From a bacterium (GTDB lineage Bacteria; Zixibacteria; MSB-5A5; GN15; FEB-12), in assembly GCA_043811375.1 (NCBI GenBank), contig JBDRNJ010000072.1, positions 1-64,000 of the forward strand: 64,000 nucleotides of DNA, read 5' to 3'. How positions within the stretch are numbered: the stretch's first letter is position 1; the number at the start of each line of letters is the position of its first letter. Positions 27,084 through 36,731 of this stretch are shown piece after piece. A model generated the notes under the pieces. That model was not told the origin of the DNA, ran no database searches, and saw only the letters and a list, made by a program, of their open reading frames with translations. The position numbers and the translations under genes are program-made.

Positions 27084-29792
27084 TCAGGCATTTCCGACCG
27101 GTATCGCCAACTCTGCCAGGCGCTTCTGGGCCGGTTCGAAACCGGCATCCAACTGGAGTACGCGTCGATAACCGATAATAGCCGAATCCCTATGTCCCAT
27201 ATTGAGATAGCACTCAGATAACCGGAAGAGCACCAGCGTATCATGGGGGTTGGATTGCAAGAATCTCTCATAAAAGGATATGGCTCGACTGTGGTTTCCG
27301 AGATTGACGTAGATATCACCAATTACGTGACAGATGTCATGCTGATCCGGGTCCAGATCGATATACTTCTCCAGATCGATGACAGCCTTCTCGAGCTCGC
27401 CCTGTCTGACCCTGGCCAGACCCAGGTTGCGGTAGACTACCGGTGGAACTGATGGTGCCTCAAGAGCTTGCAGGTAAGTCTCAATCGCCTCCGGCCAGTT
27501 CCCGGTCTTAAACCAGCAATTCCCCAGATCATTGAGGAGTTCACCATTGTCTCTTTCCGTTTCAAGCAGCTTTCGGTACATGTCGGCAGCTTCCTCGAAA
27601 CGACCCTGCTGAAAATATACCTGGGCTAAGCTATGCTGAGCCTTCTCACCCGAATCAGCCGAAACGGCCGCTTTTTCCAGCATTTCAACAGCCCGGTCGT
27701 TTTGACCGGTCTCCCCAAGAAAATTGCCATACCTGCTGAGGATTATTCCGTCGGTCGGGTTGATCTCAAGAGCGCGCCGATAGTATTGGTCTGCTCGGTC
27801 GTAATTCTTTCGCAGGAAACTGAGATCAGCCAATCCGAGCAGGGTCTGGTGTGACTTCTCATCCAATTCCAGTTGCTTTAAGAAACATCGCTCCGCTTCC
27901 TCGTAGTCGTGGTTGGACAGGTACATCCGGCCCAGACGAACACACACGTCCATAAAGTCAGGAGACAGATCGAATGTCCGGCGGTAATGTTCTCGAGCTT
28001 TCTGATGTTCACCGGTATATTCAGCAACCAGACCGAGTCCGTAATGAGCCCTCCGAAGGCTGGCCGGGTGAAGCAGTATGATATCGTCAGTCTCGCAGGT
28101 TTCATTATAGCTTGCCTGAACCTCAATGTACTTCTGGTAATAGTGTCCCGCCTTATCGAAAATTTGCTTCCTCAGGTAGATATGCCCCAGAAGAAGCAGG
28201 GCATCAAGATAGCCAGGCTTAATCTTCAGGACATCAAGGCAGTACCGTTCCGCCTGGTCGTATTCACAAAGAACAAAATGAATCCAGCCGAGTTGGTGGT
28301 GGGTCATAATGTGCAGGTGGCGATCAGGACCAACGTCAGGATGGGTCAACTGAAGCGCTCGGCCGGCGACCTCTTTGATCCTGGCGGCATTTTCAGGATG
28401 ATCTTCCACTCCCTCGCCGCGCAGCAGCTGGGCCAGGTTGAACAGAGCAAAAGCATTGTCGGGGTTTTGAGCTATCTGTTTCTCCAACAGTGCCTTGGAG
28501 CGAGCCATCTTGGCTTTCATTTTCTCCGGCGATAATCCGTAACCTAAGTGTTTCAGCCGGATTCCAGCCCGCATTATGGGCTGGTCCTCCGGCAGGATGG
28601 GGACATTGTGTACAATGCCCTCATACTTCAGACCGATTTCCCGTCTCCATAATCTGACTGAGGGCAAAAAGGTGACCTCTTCATCATTACCACTGTTCAT
28701 GTTAAAGATGTTTATGGAGACAATATTGAAATCATGTTGATTGAGAACTTTCCTGATGAGAGGAATATCTTCCTGATAGATGCGTTCATCGGCGTCTATG
28801 TACAAAATCCACTCGCAGGAGGCCTTGCTTAAAGAGTAGTTCCGATGTTTGGAGAAATTGCCCTCCCAGGGTTGGTGAAAGACACGGGCGCCGTAGGATT
28901 TGGCGATTTCAACAGTGCGATCGGTGGAACCGGTATCGACAATGATAAGCTCATCGATCCAGTCGCGTATGGACTCGAGGCATCCGGGCAGCAGTTCCTC
29001 TTCGTCTTTGACTATCATGCAGGCCGAGACAGTGGCTCTTTTCTCAAGGGAACGGGCCAGCAGACGCAACTCGTGAACCTGCCGACAATGGGACAAGCCA
29101 CGCTCGACAACTTCCCGGGCCTGATCGATTTTGTCTTCCTGTCTGAGCAGGATAGCCAGGTTGGCGTATGGCTGGTGGTTGCCGGAGTCGGCCTGGATTG
29201 ACTTTTCAAAGTACTGACGTGCCTCAGACAACTGACCCAACTCCTGGCAGGCAGCGGCCAGGATGTTGTACAACTGGGTGATATGGCGACCGGTAAAGCT
29301 GAAGTCGGGAGGCGGCAACTGACCCTGCTTGATTCTCTTATATAACGAAATAAAGCGCTCTGCCTCAGTTACCGTCCGGTCATATTCCTTCAGCGACAGA
29401 TAGAGATAGCTGAGCACAAAGTAAAAATCGAGAGAATCCGGGTATTCCTCAACTCCACGGTGCGCTGCCCTTTCGGCCTCAACGAACTGTCTCCGGTGGG
29501 CATGACCAAACGCCAGGAGCCGGTGGTAGTAACCCCGGGTGAACTTGTTCGGAAATGTGTAATCTTCGTTCAGGTCGCCAAGAACGTCAAGAATCTTTTC
29601 CTCAAGATCGTTTCTCAGGTAGTACTCGCCCAGTTCCAGACGCACCATCACATCGTCGGGGTTGGCTCGAACCGCAGTCAGCAGTACGTCCAAAGATGGT
29701 GATGAATCCTCCGGGGAAACCGATGGTTTGGCTGCACCGGCTTGTCGTTGCTGTCTGGTCCGTCGACGTTTTCCGGATGTGGATTTGCTCAT
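27084..29792 (-). CDS. TPR-GT2 glycosyltransferase-TPR protein, probably for flagellin glycosylation
   Basis: VSACMIVKDEE, IVDTGSTDRT, NFSKHRN, IDADE, HLGY, flanked by many TPRs; adjacent to fliC. Confidence 0.88.
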   Translation of the reverse strand: MSKSTSGKRRRTRQQRQAGAAKPSVSPEDSSPSLDVLLTAVRANPDDVMVRLELGEYYLRNDLEEKILDVLGDLNEDYTFPNKFTRGYYHRLLAFGHAHRRQFVEAERAAHRGVEEYPDSLDFYFVLSYLYLSLKEYDRTVTEAERFISLYKRIKQGQLPPPDFSFTGRHITQLYNILAAACQELGQLSEARQYFEKSIQADSGNHQPYANLAILLRQEDKIDQAREVVERGLSHCRQVHELRLLARSLEKRATVSACMIVKDEEELLPGCLESIRDWIDELIIVDTGSTDRTVEIAKSYGARVFHQPWEGNFSKHRNYSLSKASCEWILYIDADERIYQEDIPLIRKVLNQHDFNIVSINIFNMNSGNDEEVTFLPSVRLWRREIGLKYEGIVHNVPILPEDQPIMRAGIRLKHLGYGLSPEKMKAKMARSKALLEKQIAQNPDNAFALFNLAQLLRGEGVEDHPENAARIKEVAGRALQLTHPDVGPDRHLHIMTHHQLGWIHFVLCEYDQAERYCLDVLKIKPGYLDALLLLGHIYLRKQIFDKAGHYYQKYIEVQASYNETCETDDIILLHPASLRRAHYGLGLVAEYTGEHQKAREHYRRTFDLSPDFMDVCVRLGRMYLSNHDYEEAERCFLKQLELDEKSHQTLLGLADLSFLRKNYDRADQYYRRALEINPTDGIILSRYGNFLGETGQNDRAVEMLEKAAVSADSGEKAQHSLAQVYFQQGRFEEAADMYRKLLETERDNGELLNDLGNCWFKTGNWPEAIETYLQALEAPSVPPVVYRNLGLARVRQGELEKAVIDLEKYIDLDPDQHDICHVIGDIYVNLGNHSRAISFYERFLQSNPHDTLVLFRLSECYLNMGHRDSAIIGYRRVLQLDAGFEPAQKRLAELAIPVGNA

Positions 29793-29902
29793 TGGTTTCC
29801 TGCTTTATTCGGGGAGCGGTCGGTTGGACAGCCGGTAACTGGAGAGTGTCTCACAAGTCAATCATAAGAAGACGGTTTTCTCGCCACCCCGAGTGAAGAC
29901 CA

Positions 29903-30382
29903 TCAAACCCCAACCAGTTCTTCTTTCGGTGTCGTTTCCGGTGCTGTTTGAAGAGCTTCGGTTATCAGGTGTTTGACCTGGTAGTCGGAATTGACCAGCA
30001 CCAGTTGTTTGGCTCGGCGGTTGTCGGTGTTGATCACTATCGGACCCTGAAGATTGGCGGTCATCCGAGAGGGATCCTCCGGTATGGTAACGACAACGTA
30101 GGTTTCAATCACGTCAGTCCGGGAGATTTCCAGCTCGGCCAACTCCTGGGGATGCACTTCTATCCGATACTCGGGGAAAATCACCAGTGGGTTGACCACC
30201 ACAAAAGCCACCACCGGATCCTCGACCGACTGCAGCCAGATAAACGGCAGGAATTCCTCCATTTCTATCAGGCAAAACCGGCCGAGTCGTTCAAAACCCA
30301 ATATCGGCTTCTGCATCCGGATCAGTTTCTCATCCGGAATCTGAATTTCTCCAAATCGCGTGGTCTGTACTTGCATATGCAT
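29903..30382 (-). CDS. fliW: Flagellar assembly factor FliW
   Basis: TTRFGEI, ILGFE, WLQS, MTANLQGPIVIN, AKQLVL. Confidence 0.95.
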   Translation of the reverse strand: MHMQVQTTRFGEIQIPDEKLIRMQKPILGFERLGRFCLIEMEEFLPFIWLQSVEDPVVAFVVVNPLVIFPEYRIEVHPQELAELEISRTDVIETYVVVTIPEDPSRMTANLQGPIVINTDNRRAKQLVLVNSDYQVKHLITEALQTAPETTPKEELVGV

Positions 30383-30398
30383 TGTCCCCTGTGGTTAC

Positions 30399-32318
30399 TT
30401 ATCTCAAAAATTCCAATAACGTCGGTTGTATAATCTTGGCGCTGGCCATCAAAGAAGCCCGGTAGCTGTTTTCATAAGTGGCCAAATCGGTTATCAGTTT
30501 GCTGATGTCGGCATCTTCAACTTCACTAAGCAGTTTCGTGAAACTCATGTCGAGATCGATTAATCGAGACTGGGTACCCTCCAGCCTGAGCGCCCTGGCG
30601 CCGACGGTAGCCCGGCGGTTCAGCAGGTGCTGCATGGCGTCATCAAGATTCTGCAACAGCAGGCCGGTACCTTCCTGGTCATTGTTGCGCAGGGCATTCA
30701 CCATTACCAGCATCGAGCCCATCATGTCGCTGGAACCGAAAATCCCCAGCTCCTTGGCCACCCGACCACCCGACACGTCTTCGATAGTCAACGACTGCGT
30801 AGTGTCGTTGTTGACGATCTGAATACCGGTACCGTCCGGGTTTATTGAGGCCGTGATATTCAGTCCCGAGTTGTTGAAGGCATCAATAATATCCTGGACG
30901 GTGTTTATAGCCGGATTGGACAGGTCAATAAGGCGATTATCACTTCCCTGCCAGACAGCGATGGTACTCAGGTCAAAACCGCTGCCGGCGTTAAGGTCGG
31001 CAACACTGGCAGTCGTCTGCAACAAGGGGTTCAGGTCAGCGCCGGCGAAATCCCCGGAAAAATAACCCAGGATACCCAGATCGACGGCAGTGGTGCCGGT
31101 CGTTTCGTCTATTTTGAATGAGACGGTCGGCTCCAGGTCGCTCCCGTTCAGGGTGGGGTTGACGGCGCCCAGTATACCCAGGCCGAAAGCGGTGTTCTCC
31201 GTTACAGCCATCTCCTCGATACTCAGGCCCAGCGGCACGCCGTTGGCGTCGATAATGTCCAGACCGGTGCCGGTGCCGTTGATCTGCATAGTCACATTTG
31301 CCACTCCCTGAGCCGCCAACTGGGTATTGAAGGCGTTTACAACGTCACCGATGGTGGCGGCACCGGACAAATCTACTTCGACGCTGATAGCCCCACCGTC
31401 GGTCACCAGAATACTGCCCGGTTGAAGATCAACGCCGGTTCCGTTATTAAGCTTGTTCAGAGCGGTAACGTTGGTGATCAGACCATCCGGGGTCGTATCC
31501 AGCAGCAGATTGTTCTTTTCCAGGCCGATGGTGGCCTGCAGGTTGGTGATGCCGTCGGCCGCCAGTTGGGCGTTAATCGTGGTCAGGACGTCATTAATAT
31601 CGATCGCGGCGCTGATGTCGATAGTGGAGACGATGCCCCGATTCTGATCGGTAATAGTAAAAGTGCCGGGAGCCTGATCGACCCCCTGTCCGCCCTGCAG
31701 GTCCGCCAGCAGCGTCGAAGAGATGATGCCTACATTCAGATCGGCGCTCTGGCCCAGAACCGTCAGAGATGACAGGAATACATCCTGCGCGGTGACGTTG
31801 ACCGCCATCCGCGACGTGGCGTCTACCTGAAAGTCGATCTGACCCTGGTCGCCGGCATAGGTGACGCCGTTGGCGGACGCCACCAGAGCCTCGGTGTTGG
31901 TGCGGAAACCGGAGAACATGTAGCGCCCTTCCAGTTCACTGTTGCCCAACTGGATAAGCCGTTCGAAGATTGATTCAATTTCGTTGGCCGAGCCTTCCCG
32001 CGCTACAGCATCATAGATACCATTAGACATGGCGATCCCGATCTCCTTGGCCGACGAGACCAGGTTCTTGAGATCGGCCAGAATGCTGTCATACGACTGC
32101 AGCCAGGTTTGACCCTGGGAAATGTTGCTGCGGTACTGTTCATTCTTCTTCAGTTCGGTGCGGTAGATAAGGTCCCGCTGGGTGCCGATGGGGTCATCAG
32201 AGGGCACGTTGATACGACGCCCGGTGGAAATCTGGGTTTGTTTGTCCAGGAAACGCCGAATAGATCGCTGCATATTGAAAACAACGCGATCACTGATCAT
32301 GCTGTTGGTAATTCGCAT
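30399..32318 (-). CDS. flgL: Hook-associated protein 3 FlgL (long form)
   Basis: MRITNSM...STGRRINVPSDDP...GRYMFSGF; C-terminal EDADI...IIQPTLLEFLR. Confidence 0.95.
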   Translation of the reverse strand: MRITNSMISDRVVFNMQRSIRRFLDKQTQISTGRRINVPSDDPIGTQRDLIYRTELKKNEQYRSNISQGQTWLQSYDSILADLKNLVSSAKEIGIAMSNGIYDAVAREGSANEIESIFERLIQLGNSELEGRYMFSGFRTNTEALVASANGVTYAGDQGQIDFQVDATSRMAVNVTAQDVFLSSLTVLGQSADLNVGIISSTLLADLQGGQGVDQAPGTFTITDQNRGIVSTIDISAAIDINDVLTTINAQLAADGITNLQATIGLEKNNLLLDTTPDGLITNVTALNKLNNGTGVDLQPGSILVTDGGAISVEVDLSGAATIGDVVNAFNTQLAAQGVANVTMQINGTGTGLDIIDANGVPLGLSIEEMAVTENTAFGLGILGAVNPTLNGSDLEPTVSFKIDETTGTTAVDLGILGYFSGDFAGADLNPLLQTTASVADLNAGSGFDLSTIAVWQGSDNRLIDLSNPAINTVQDIIDAFNNSGLNITASINPDGTGIQIVNNDTTQSLTIEDVSGGRVAKELGIFGSSDMMGSMLVMVNALRNNDQEGTGLLLQNLDDAMQHLLNRRATVGARALRLEGTQSRLIDLDMSFTKLLSEVEDADISKLITDLATYENSYRASLMASAKIIQPTLLEFLR

Positions 32319-32344
32319 CTGTCAACTCCCTACCACAGCTTGCC

Positions 32345-32686
32345 TTAGCTTCCTTGAGGCCGTCTGTCATCCCGGCCGGAAGGCCGGTTGCCTCGCCGGG
32401 GTTTACTTTTGTAATCAATCCGGGTCATCTTGTTCGGGTCGTCTGGTTTGCCCTTAATCTTATCCTTCAGAAGTTTGACCATACTGACCAAATCTCCCTT
32501 GATCGATTTTGAGGCCTTGCGATTTTCCTGCTGGATCTTAACATAAATCTCTTCCCGGTGAACGACTATATCCGAGGGAGCATCAATTCCCAGACGCACC
32601 TGGCGTCCGTGAACGCCCAGCACGGAGACCTTGATACTGTCTCCGATGGTAATTGATTCACCCAACCTCCGTGTCAGTATGAGCAC
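32345..32686 (-). CDS. csrA: Carbon storage regulator CsrA with an extended C-terminus
   Basis: [16 protein letters not shown]...VRLGIDAP...VHREEIY. Confidence 0.96.
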   Translation of the reverse strand: MLILTRRLGESITIGDSIKVSVLGVHGRQVRLGIDAPSDIVVHREEIYVKIQQENRKASKSIKGDLVSMVKLLKDKIKGKPDDPNKMTRIDYKSKPRRGNRPSGRDDRRPQGS

Positions 32687-32728
32687 ACTACCCTCCGTGG
32701 TACTTGTGTTAGCGGCGTTTCCCAGCGC

Positions 32729-34123
32729 CTATCGGCCTACTATACCCATTCTAAGAATCACCGTATCCAAAGCCTCATCCATGACAGTGATGATTCTGGC
32801 GGCAGCGTCATAAGCATGCTGGGATTTCACCAAATTGGTCATTTCTTCATCCAAGGAAACACCCTGAACCGACTGTCGGGCATTATATACCTGGTGTACC
32901 AACAGTTCACTATTTTCGGAAAACGATCTGGCCTGGTATGCTTCCACTCCCAACCGGCCTACCACGCTGTTATAATAGTTATTGAGCGTGGAAGTGTTGT
33001 TTTCCATGATTTTCTGGTTGCGCAGAGTCTGTATTGCCAGAGCGACGGAATTGTCGCCCACTTCCCCGGTTCCGGAGGCAGCGATCCTGGCTGTATCGTT
33101 CTCCACAATCGGATTCAGTCGGATATTGGCAGCATCAGTATAGTTGGCGTCAAAGAAATTATTGCCGGTACTTCCATCCAGGCCGTAACCGGCGCTGTGG
33201 AGAGAATTGACCCGCTGTACCAGTTCCTGCACGATGTTGTTGAGTTCGTTCTGGTAACGTGGTATGAGGATGTCACGGGTATCCATCAGCCCCTTAATCT
33301 GACCGTTGTTGTTGGTGATGGTGATAGTGCTGTTCCCCAGGAGCAACCGATGCCCGATGGTGCCATCCCCCGTAAACGTCTCAGAAGTTATCGTAGTGGT
33401 ATCAGGTCCGTCAACGATTCCCATCGCGCCTATATACACTGTCAATTCGCCATTGTCCTGTTCGAGCGTGTTGACATCGACCAGCAGAGCCAGTTCATCG
33501 ACCAGCCGGTCACGGATATCGCGCAGATCGTTGGCCCGATTACCTCCCAACTCCTGCATCTTAACCTGATTGTTGAGTAGAGCGATTTCAGCCGACAGGC
33601 GGTTGACATCGTTGACCATAGCGACCATATCGGAGTCGGTCGCTTCCTGCAGAGTCGACAACTGGTTGGCCATCTGGTGAAATCGGCTGGTTAACAGGTT
33701 GGTATACTCCAGCACCGCTACCCGATGGCTGGTGGAACTGGGATTGGTAGAGAGGTCGGACCAAGCATCCCAGAAATCGTTGATGAGATCCGACAGGGTG
33801 TTGTCGTTGGGTTCGCCGAAAAGGGCCTCGACCTGGTAGAGTATCTTATCCTTGTAGGACCACTGTCCCAGCGCCTTGGTCTCCCGGCGGTATTGCTCAC
33901 CGAGAAAGAGGTCGCGCACGTGCCTGATATCAGTTGCTTCAACACCGGAGCCGATGGCACCGATCGTGTTGAACTCAGGCCGGGTGGACGTAATACGCAC
34001 CCGCTGGCGGCTGTAACCGGGAGTATCTACGTTGGCAATATTGTGGCCGATGGTTTGCAGATAAATCTGGTGTGTCAGCAGAGCCCGTTTACCCAGTTCA
34101 ATCGTCTGGAACAATCCCGCCAT
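32729..34123 (-). CDS. flgK: Hook-associated protein 1 FlgK
   Basis: GHNIANVDTPGYSRQ; NDLRDIRD; GVSLDEEMTNL...AYDAAARII. Confidence 0.96.
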   Translation of the reverse strand: MAGLFQTIELGKRALLTHQIYLQTIGHNIANVDTPGYSRQRVRITSTRPEFNTIGAIGSGVEATDIRHVRDLFLGEQYRRETKALGQWSYKDKILYQVEALFGEPNDNTLSDLINDFWDAWSDLSTNPSSTSHRVAVLEYTNLLTSRFHQMANQLSTLQEATDSDMVAMVNDVNRLSAEIALLNNQVKMQELGGNRANDLRDIRDRLVDELALLVDVNTLEQDNGELTVYIGAMGIVDGPDTTTITSETFTGDGTIGHRLLLGNSTITITNNNGQIKGLMDTRDILIPRYQNELNNIVQELVQRVNSLHSAGYGLDGSTGNNFFDANYTDAANIRLNPIVENDTARIAASGTGEVGDNSVALAIQTLRNQKIMENNTSTLNNYYNSVVGRLGVEAYQARSFSENSELLVHQVYNARQSVQGVSLDEEMTNLVKSQHAYDAAARIITVMDEALDTVILRMGIVGR

Positions 34124-34605
34124 CAGACTCTCCTGTCCACGGCCACATTAGCCGACACCGGAACCGTCCCGGCGCGGGCGTAGGCACCATCGGGTGTGTG
34201 TAACTTAGCCAGTTGCTTCATCGTTTTGGCGATGTACTCTCGGGACCGGTTCAGCAGCACGGCATTCTGATTGCGAACGTGCAACATCTTGTCATTGAGA
34301 CTGAGGATGGTGTCACGCAGACGGGACAACCGGTCGGATCGATTGCTATCAACCATATCCAGCAGCCGGGTCACGCTGAGATCACCCTCGACCGCGTTGG
34401 CCACCTTGATCTCTTCAATCAGTTGTTCTCGCTGCCGACTCAGAATGCGGCTCTCTATCATTTTTTCACGCTGAAGTTCCGTCACTTGATTGAGTCCTTC
34501 GACGTCATTGGCCACCAGCATCCGCTGCTGTTGCTCAAGCAATTCAAGGAACGACTCAAAGAGAGCCGCTTCCTTGCCCAGAATGTGAATCAATTTTTCT
34601 ACCAT
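34123..34605 (-). CDS. flgN: Flagellar export chaperone FlgN
   Basis: Helical pattern L..E...LLE.Q...L...D; N..LL..S; directly upstream of flgK. Confidence 0.85.
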   Translation of the reverse strand: MVEKLIHILGKEAALFESFLELLEQQQRMLVANDVEGLNQVTELQREKMIESRILSRQREQLIEEIKVANAVEGDLSVTRLLDMVDSNRSDRLSRLRDTILSLNDKMLHVRNQNAVLLNRSREYIAKTMKQLAKLHTPDGAYARAGTVPVSANVAVDRRV

Positions 34606-34638
34606 GTTGGCTCGCTTCCGATTGCGGGCATATCAATT

Positions 34639-34666
34639 TTATCGGATAGTTGTCATGCGATCTTTA
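34639..34666 (-). promoter_or_regulatory. Putative internal sigma28 promoter for flgN-flgK-csrA-flgL-fliW
   Basis: Minus strand TAAA-N16-TCCGATAA in the last codons of flgJ. Confidence 0.55.
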
Positions 34667-35589
34667 GCCTCGTTAGACACGTCTCGGTGGCGTAATGCGA
34701 GGCGATTCATCACTCGGTCAATATACTCGGTTGTTTCCTTAAACGGCGGCACGCCCTGGTAATGCTGAACACGCCCCGGTCCGGCATTGTAAGCGGCCAG
34801 GGCCAGTTTCAGGTCACCAAAACGATCCAGCAGACGTTTGAGATAGCGGCTGCCGGCCAGAATGTTCTCCCGGGGATCAAATGGCCGAGTCACACTATAA
34901 TCCTGTATTGTGGAATCAGTCAGTTGCATGAGACCTTTGGCCCCGGCGTGGGAGACAGCTCGCGGGTTGCCGCTGGATTCTGTCTCGATAACGGCGCAAA
35001 TGAGGGCAGAGTCCAGTGATGTCTCGCCGGCGGCTTCATCTATAATACTGCCGTATCGGGCCATAACGGGATCCGATCGGTCCCGGGGTGCTTGCGCCCG
35101 AGGCGGCAGAGCTGCCGGATGATGCCGTGAGATCGAAAGTGGCGAAGCCATCGGCAGCGGGATATCCGGTCGCCGGCGCCCCAGCGGGATAGCCCGTGGT
35201 GGCGGCGCCTTTAATGATTTGATGGCCGCTTCCGGTTCCTGCCCGTGCTGCCGCTCCAGTACCTGCTCCATAGAATGGTAGAGGATTTCGGCGATTGAAC
35301 TGTTGCCGGATCCGGACATTTTTCGGGCCAGTTCCATGTCGAACATTTGCGTGAAAGTTTCTTTGCCCAGGTCACCCGAGAGAGCGCCCTGTTTCGACAG
35401 ATCGCTTTTGGGAATCGTCTGGCGCATAGTCTTGAGCATCTCGTACATGAACAGCGATTCGAACTCCGCTGCGGCCCGCCGCAGCCGCTGTTTCTCCGAG
35501 GCCAGACCACCCCGGCCGGAGCCTTTGAGTTTCTCCAGGTCCGATTGAGGGTAGACTCCCACGGTGGCTTTGGATACCGGGTAAGACAT
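34639..35589 (-). CDS. flgJ: FlgJ rod-binding domain fused to an SLT-type lytic transglycosylase
   Basis: LRRAAAEFESLF...MLKTMR...MFD.ELA; C-terminal ETESSGNPRAVS.AGAKGLMQL and ALAAYNAGPG. Confidence 0.85.
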   Translation of the reverse strand: MSYPVSKATVGVYPQSDLEKLKGSGRGGLASEKQRLRRAAAEFESLFMYEMLKTMRQTIPKSDLSKQGALSGDLGKETFTQMFDMELARKMSGSGNSSIAEILYHSMEQVLERQHGQEPEAAIKSLKAPPPRAIPLGRRRPDIPLPMASPLSISRHHPAALPPRAQAPRDRSDPVMARYGSIIDEAAGETSLDSALICAVIETESSGNPRAVSHAGAKGLMQLTDSTIQDYSVTRPFDPRENILAGSRYLKRLLDRFGDLKLALAAYNAGPGRVQHYQGVPPFKETTEYIDRVMNRLALRHRDVSNEAKDRMTTIR

Positions 35590-36722
35590 CAGAGTATAAT
35601 CAGCTCCGCTCTGAGGGCACCCACCTGTTTGAGAGCCTGGAAGATGGCAATGATGTCACGTGGCGTGGCCCCGATCCGGTTCATCGCTTTGGCAATATCA
35701 GCCAGATACACTGACCGTTCTAAGTGTACCACCCGTGCCATCTCATCGGTTACCGTGATCCGCGACTCGGAAGTTACGACCGTTTCGCCGGCGGAAAACG
35801 GCTGCGGCTGCGATATGACGGGGGTGGACCTGATGTCGACCGTTATAGTGCCGTGAGCCACCGCTACCGGCTCGATGGTCACATGCTGCCCGGCTACGAT
35901 GGTACCGGTCTTCTCGTTGATAACCACCCGGGCGCTGTTGTCCGGCACCACCTGAAGCAGTCCTATATCGGAAATGAACTTCATCCGCGTAGTAGGATGA
36001 GACAACGAATCCGGAACCATTATCCGGATAGCGCCGCCATCGATGGGATAAGCCATCAGCCCGTACTTGATGTTGATTCGTTCAGCGATGCGATGGGCAG
36101 TCGTGGGATCGGGATTGTGCAGTGAAAGATAAAACTCCCGGTAGGTATCCTCGGGTGTCGGCAGCGCACCGGTGATCTTGCCGCCACCCGGCACCCGACC
36201 GACCAGAGTGTAATTGTTGACGATTTTATTGTCGTCCACCTGAATATTGAAACCGCCGATGGAAACCGGTCCCTGGGCAACAGCGTATACAACCCCGTCC
36301 GGGCCGGACAGCGGCGTCAGCAGCAGAGTGCCGCCCTGCAGCGAGCCGGCGTCGCCCACGGATGAGACGGTGACGTCAAAATAGGCGCCGTCCGTTTGAT
36401 GACTGGATATGCGCGCCGTAACGATTACCGCAGCAACATTCTTAACCTTGACCTTGTCGGCCTCGACTGTCAGCCCCATGCGTTCCATCATATTGACCAG
36501 TGACTGCACTGTAAACTGTGTGCCGGTGCCGTCACCGGTGCCGTCCAGACCGATTATCAAGCCATAACCGACCAGGTCAACTTCCTGCTTGTTCTGGAAA
36601 GAACAGATGTCCTTAACCCTGACTTTACCGGCGTGAAGGGAAGTACCGAGAGTGACCAGGATGATCAGCACCAGCACCCAACGCCACCAGATGCGACCGG
36701 TTCTAATGGTAATAGTTGACAT
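35589..36722 (-). CDS. flgI: Flagellar P-ring protein
   Basis: RVKDI, LVGYGLIIGLDGTGD, KNVAAVIVTA, SLQGGTLL, INEKTGTIV, GALRAEL. Confidence 0.97.
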   Translation of the reverse strand: MSTITIRTGRIWWRWVLVLIILVTLGTSLHAGKVRVKDICSFQNKQEVDLVGYGLIIGLDGTGDGTGTQFTVQSLVNMMERMGLTVEADKVKVKNVAAVIVTARISSHQTDGAYFDVTVSSVGDAGSLQGGTLLLTPLSGPDGVVYAVAQGPVSIGGFNIQVDDNKIVNNYTLVGRVPGGGKITGALPTPEDTYREFYLSLHNPDPTTAHRIAERINIKYGLMAYPIDGGAIRIMVPDSLSHPTTRMKFISDIGLLQVVPDNSARVVINEKTGTIVAGQHVTIEPVAVAHGTITVDIRSTPVISQPQPFSAGETVVTSESRITVTDEMARVVHLERSVYLADIAKAMNRIGATPRDIIAIFQALKQVGALRAELIIL

Positions 36723-36731
36723 ACTATTCTC

